Of a stretch of DNA of 64,000 bases, positions 63,337 through 64,000 are shown piece after piece. This DNA is from Marsupella aquatica. Lineage: Eukaryota; Plantae; Marchantiophyta. Every line of letters begins with the position of its first letter. The stretch's first letter is position 1. The position numbers and the translations under genes were made by a program. A model generated the notes under the pieces. The model did not search any database. It was not told where the DNA came from and worked only from the letters and a program-made list of their open reading frames with translations. The stretch covers positions 16,420,357 to 16,484,356 of the forward strand of contig OZ316892.1 of NCBI GenBank assembly GCA_973895155.1. Reading direction: 5' to 3'.

Positions 63337-64000
63337 ATGATGGATGCAGTCCCCTCCTCGTTGAGGGGGTATAGTGTTGTTGGGGATTGTGATCGTGGCT
63401 ATTGCGAGTCTTCTGAGTCTTCATTTTCAGGTTCGGTGTATACATGTCGAGTGACGAGGTCAAGCGCATCGCTTGTTCCCATCTCAAGTAATTCGCTTCC
63501 GAAGCCGACGCAAAAAAAGATGGAGAATGTTGACACATTTGCAATCGGAGATGTCTCGTTCTCGGAGACCGACCTTATTTTGAAACATGTCATGTTCTTT
63601 GGGAAGGATTTCCAAGGGTTTAACAAGGAGCCTCCTAGGATTCCGCTGTGTCAGTTGGTGCATATGGAGGTCATCCGCACCTTGCAGAAAGATAGCTCCT
63701 CCATTGACAAGTTGAAAGACTCTTTTCGTAGTATGGGATACAATTCATCGATAGGAATGAGGTTTTATGTTCAGCCGACGGACGCTGAGGGTGTGACGCT
63801 CACTTGCACACAAGAAATTTATGATACTTGGGATCCAATATGGATATCCGAAAACAAAAAGTTCGAGGAAGAATGTGCGGCAGACCCCGATTTTCTCGTT
63901 CTAAAGGATAAGATGTTCTCAATTTTTGACGGGAACCATTGGTTGTACTCCTGGACGCTTGTCACTAAGGAGAATCCAAAAAACCCAAAATACCACCCGC
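63337..64000 (+). CDS. N-terminus of the second ParB/Srx-like gene (runs off the window; absent from the ORF track)
   Basis: Open frame from ATG 63337: PPRIPLCQLVHMEVIRTLQKD...GYNSSIGMRFYVQP...DPDFLVLKDKMFSIFDGNHWLYSW...KYHP, a clear paralog of 47834-48412. Confidence 0.85.
   Translation, partial: MMDAVPSSLRGYSVVGDCDRGYCESSESSFSGSVYTCRVTRSSASLVPISSNSLPKPTQKKMENVDTFAIGDVSFSETDLILKHVMFFGKDFQGFNKEPPRIPLCQLVHMEVIRTLQKDSSSIDKLKDSFRSMGYNSSIGMRFYVQPTDAEGVTLTCTQEIYDTWDPIWISENKKFEEECAADPDFLVLKDKMFSIFDGNHWLYSWTLVTKENPKNPKYHP

Overview
This window is nested, decayed transposable-element (TE) DNA from a land-plant nuclear genome. The TE families suggest a non-seed plant, but that is inference. I found no host gene, RNA gene or CRISPR array. 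It holds two CACTA transposase pseudogenes, two L1 LINEs with target-site duplications (TSDs), two Copia elements (one Bianca-like), a Gypsy gag-protease fragment, several solo LTRs, and a family of TG..CA elements filled by a coiled-coil ORF. The main find is a Mutator-like (MULE) DNA transposon family, present as two diverged copies plus an end fragment and a 350-bp miniature. Its zinc-finger/DDE transposase lies head-to-head with an intron-containing gene. That gene encodes an N-terminal ParB/Srx-like domain (FDGNHR) and a C-terminal domain resembling prokaryotic beta-class N4C/N6A DNA methyltransferases. A 15-bp palindrome, TAGCGCC-N-GGCGCTA, occurs about 20 times in this family's introns, spacers and end regions, and I saw it nowhere else. 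All domain calls come from motifs read by eye; no database search was run.
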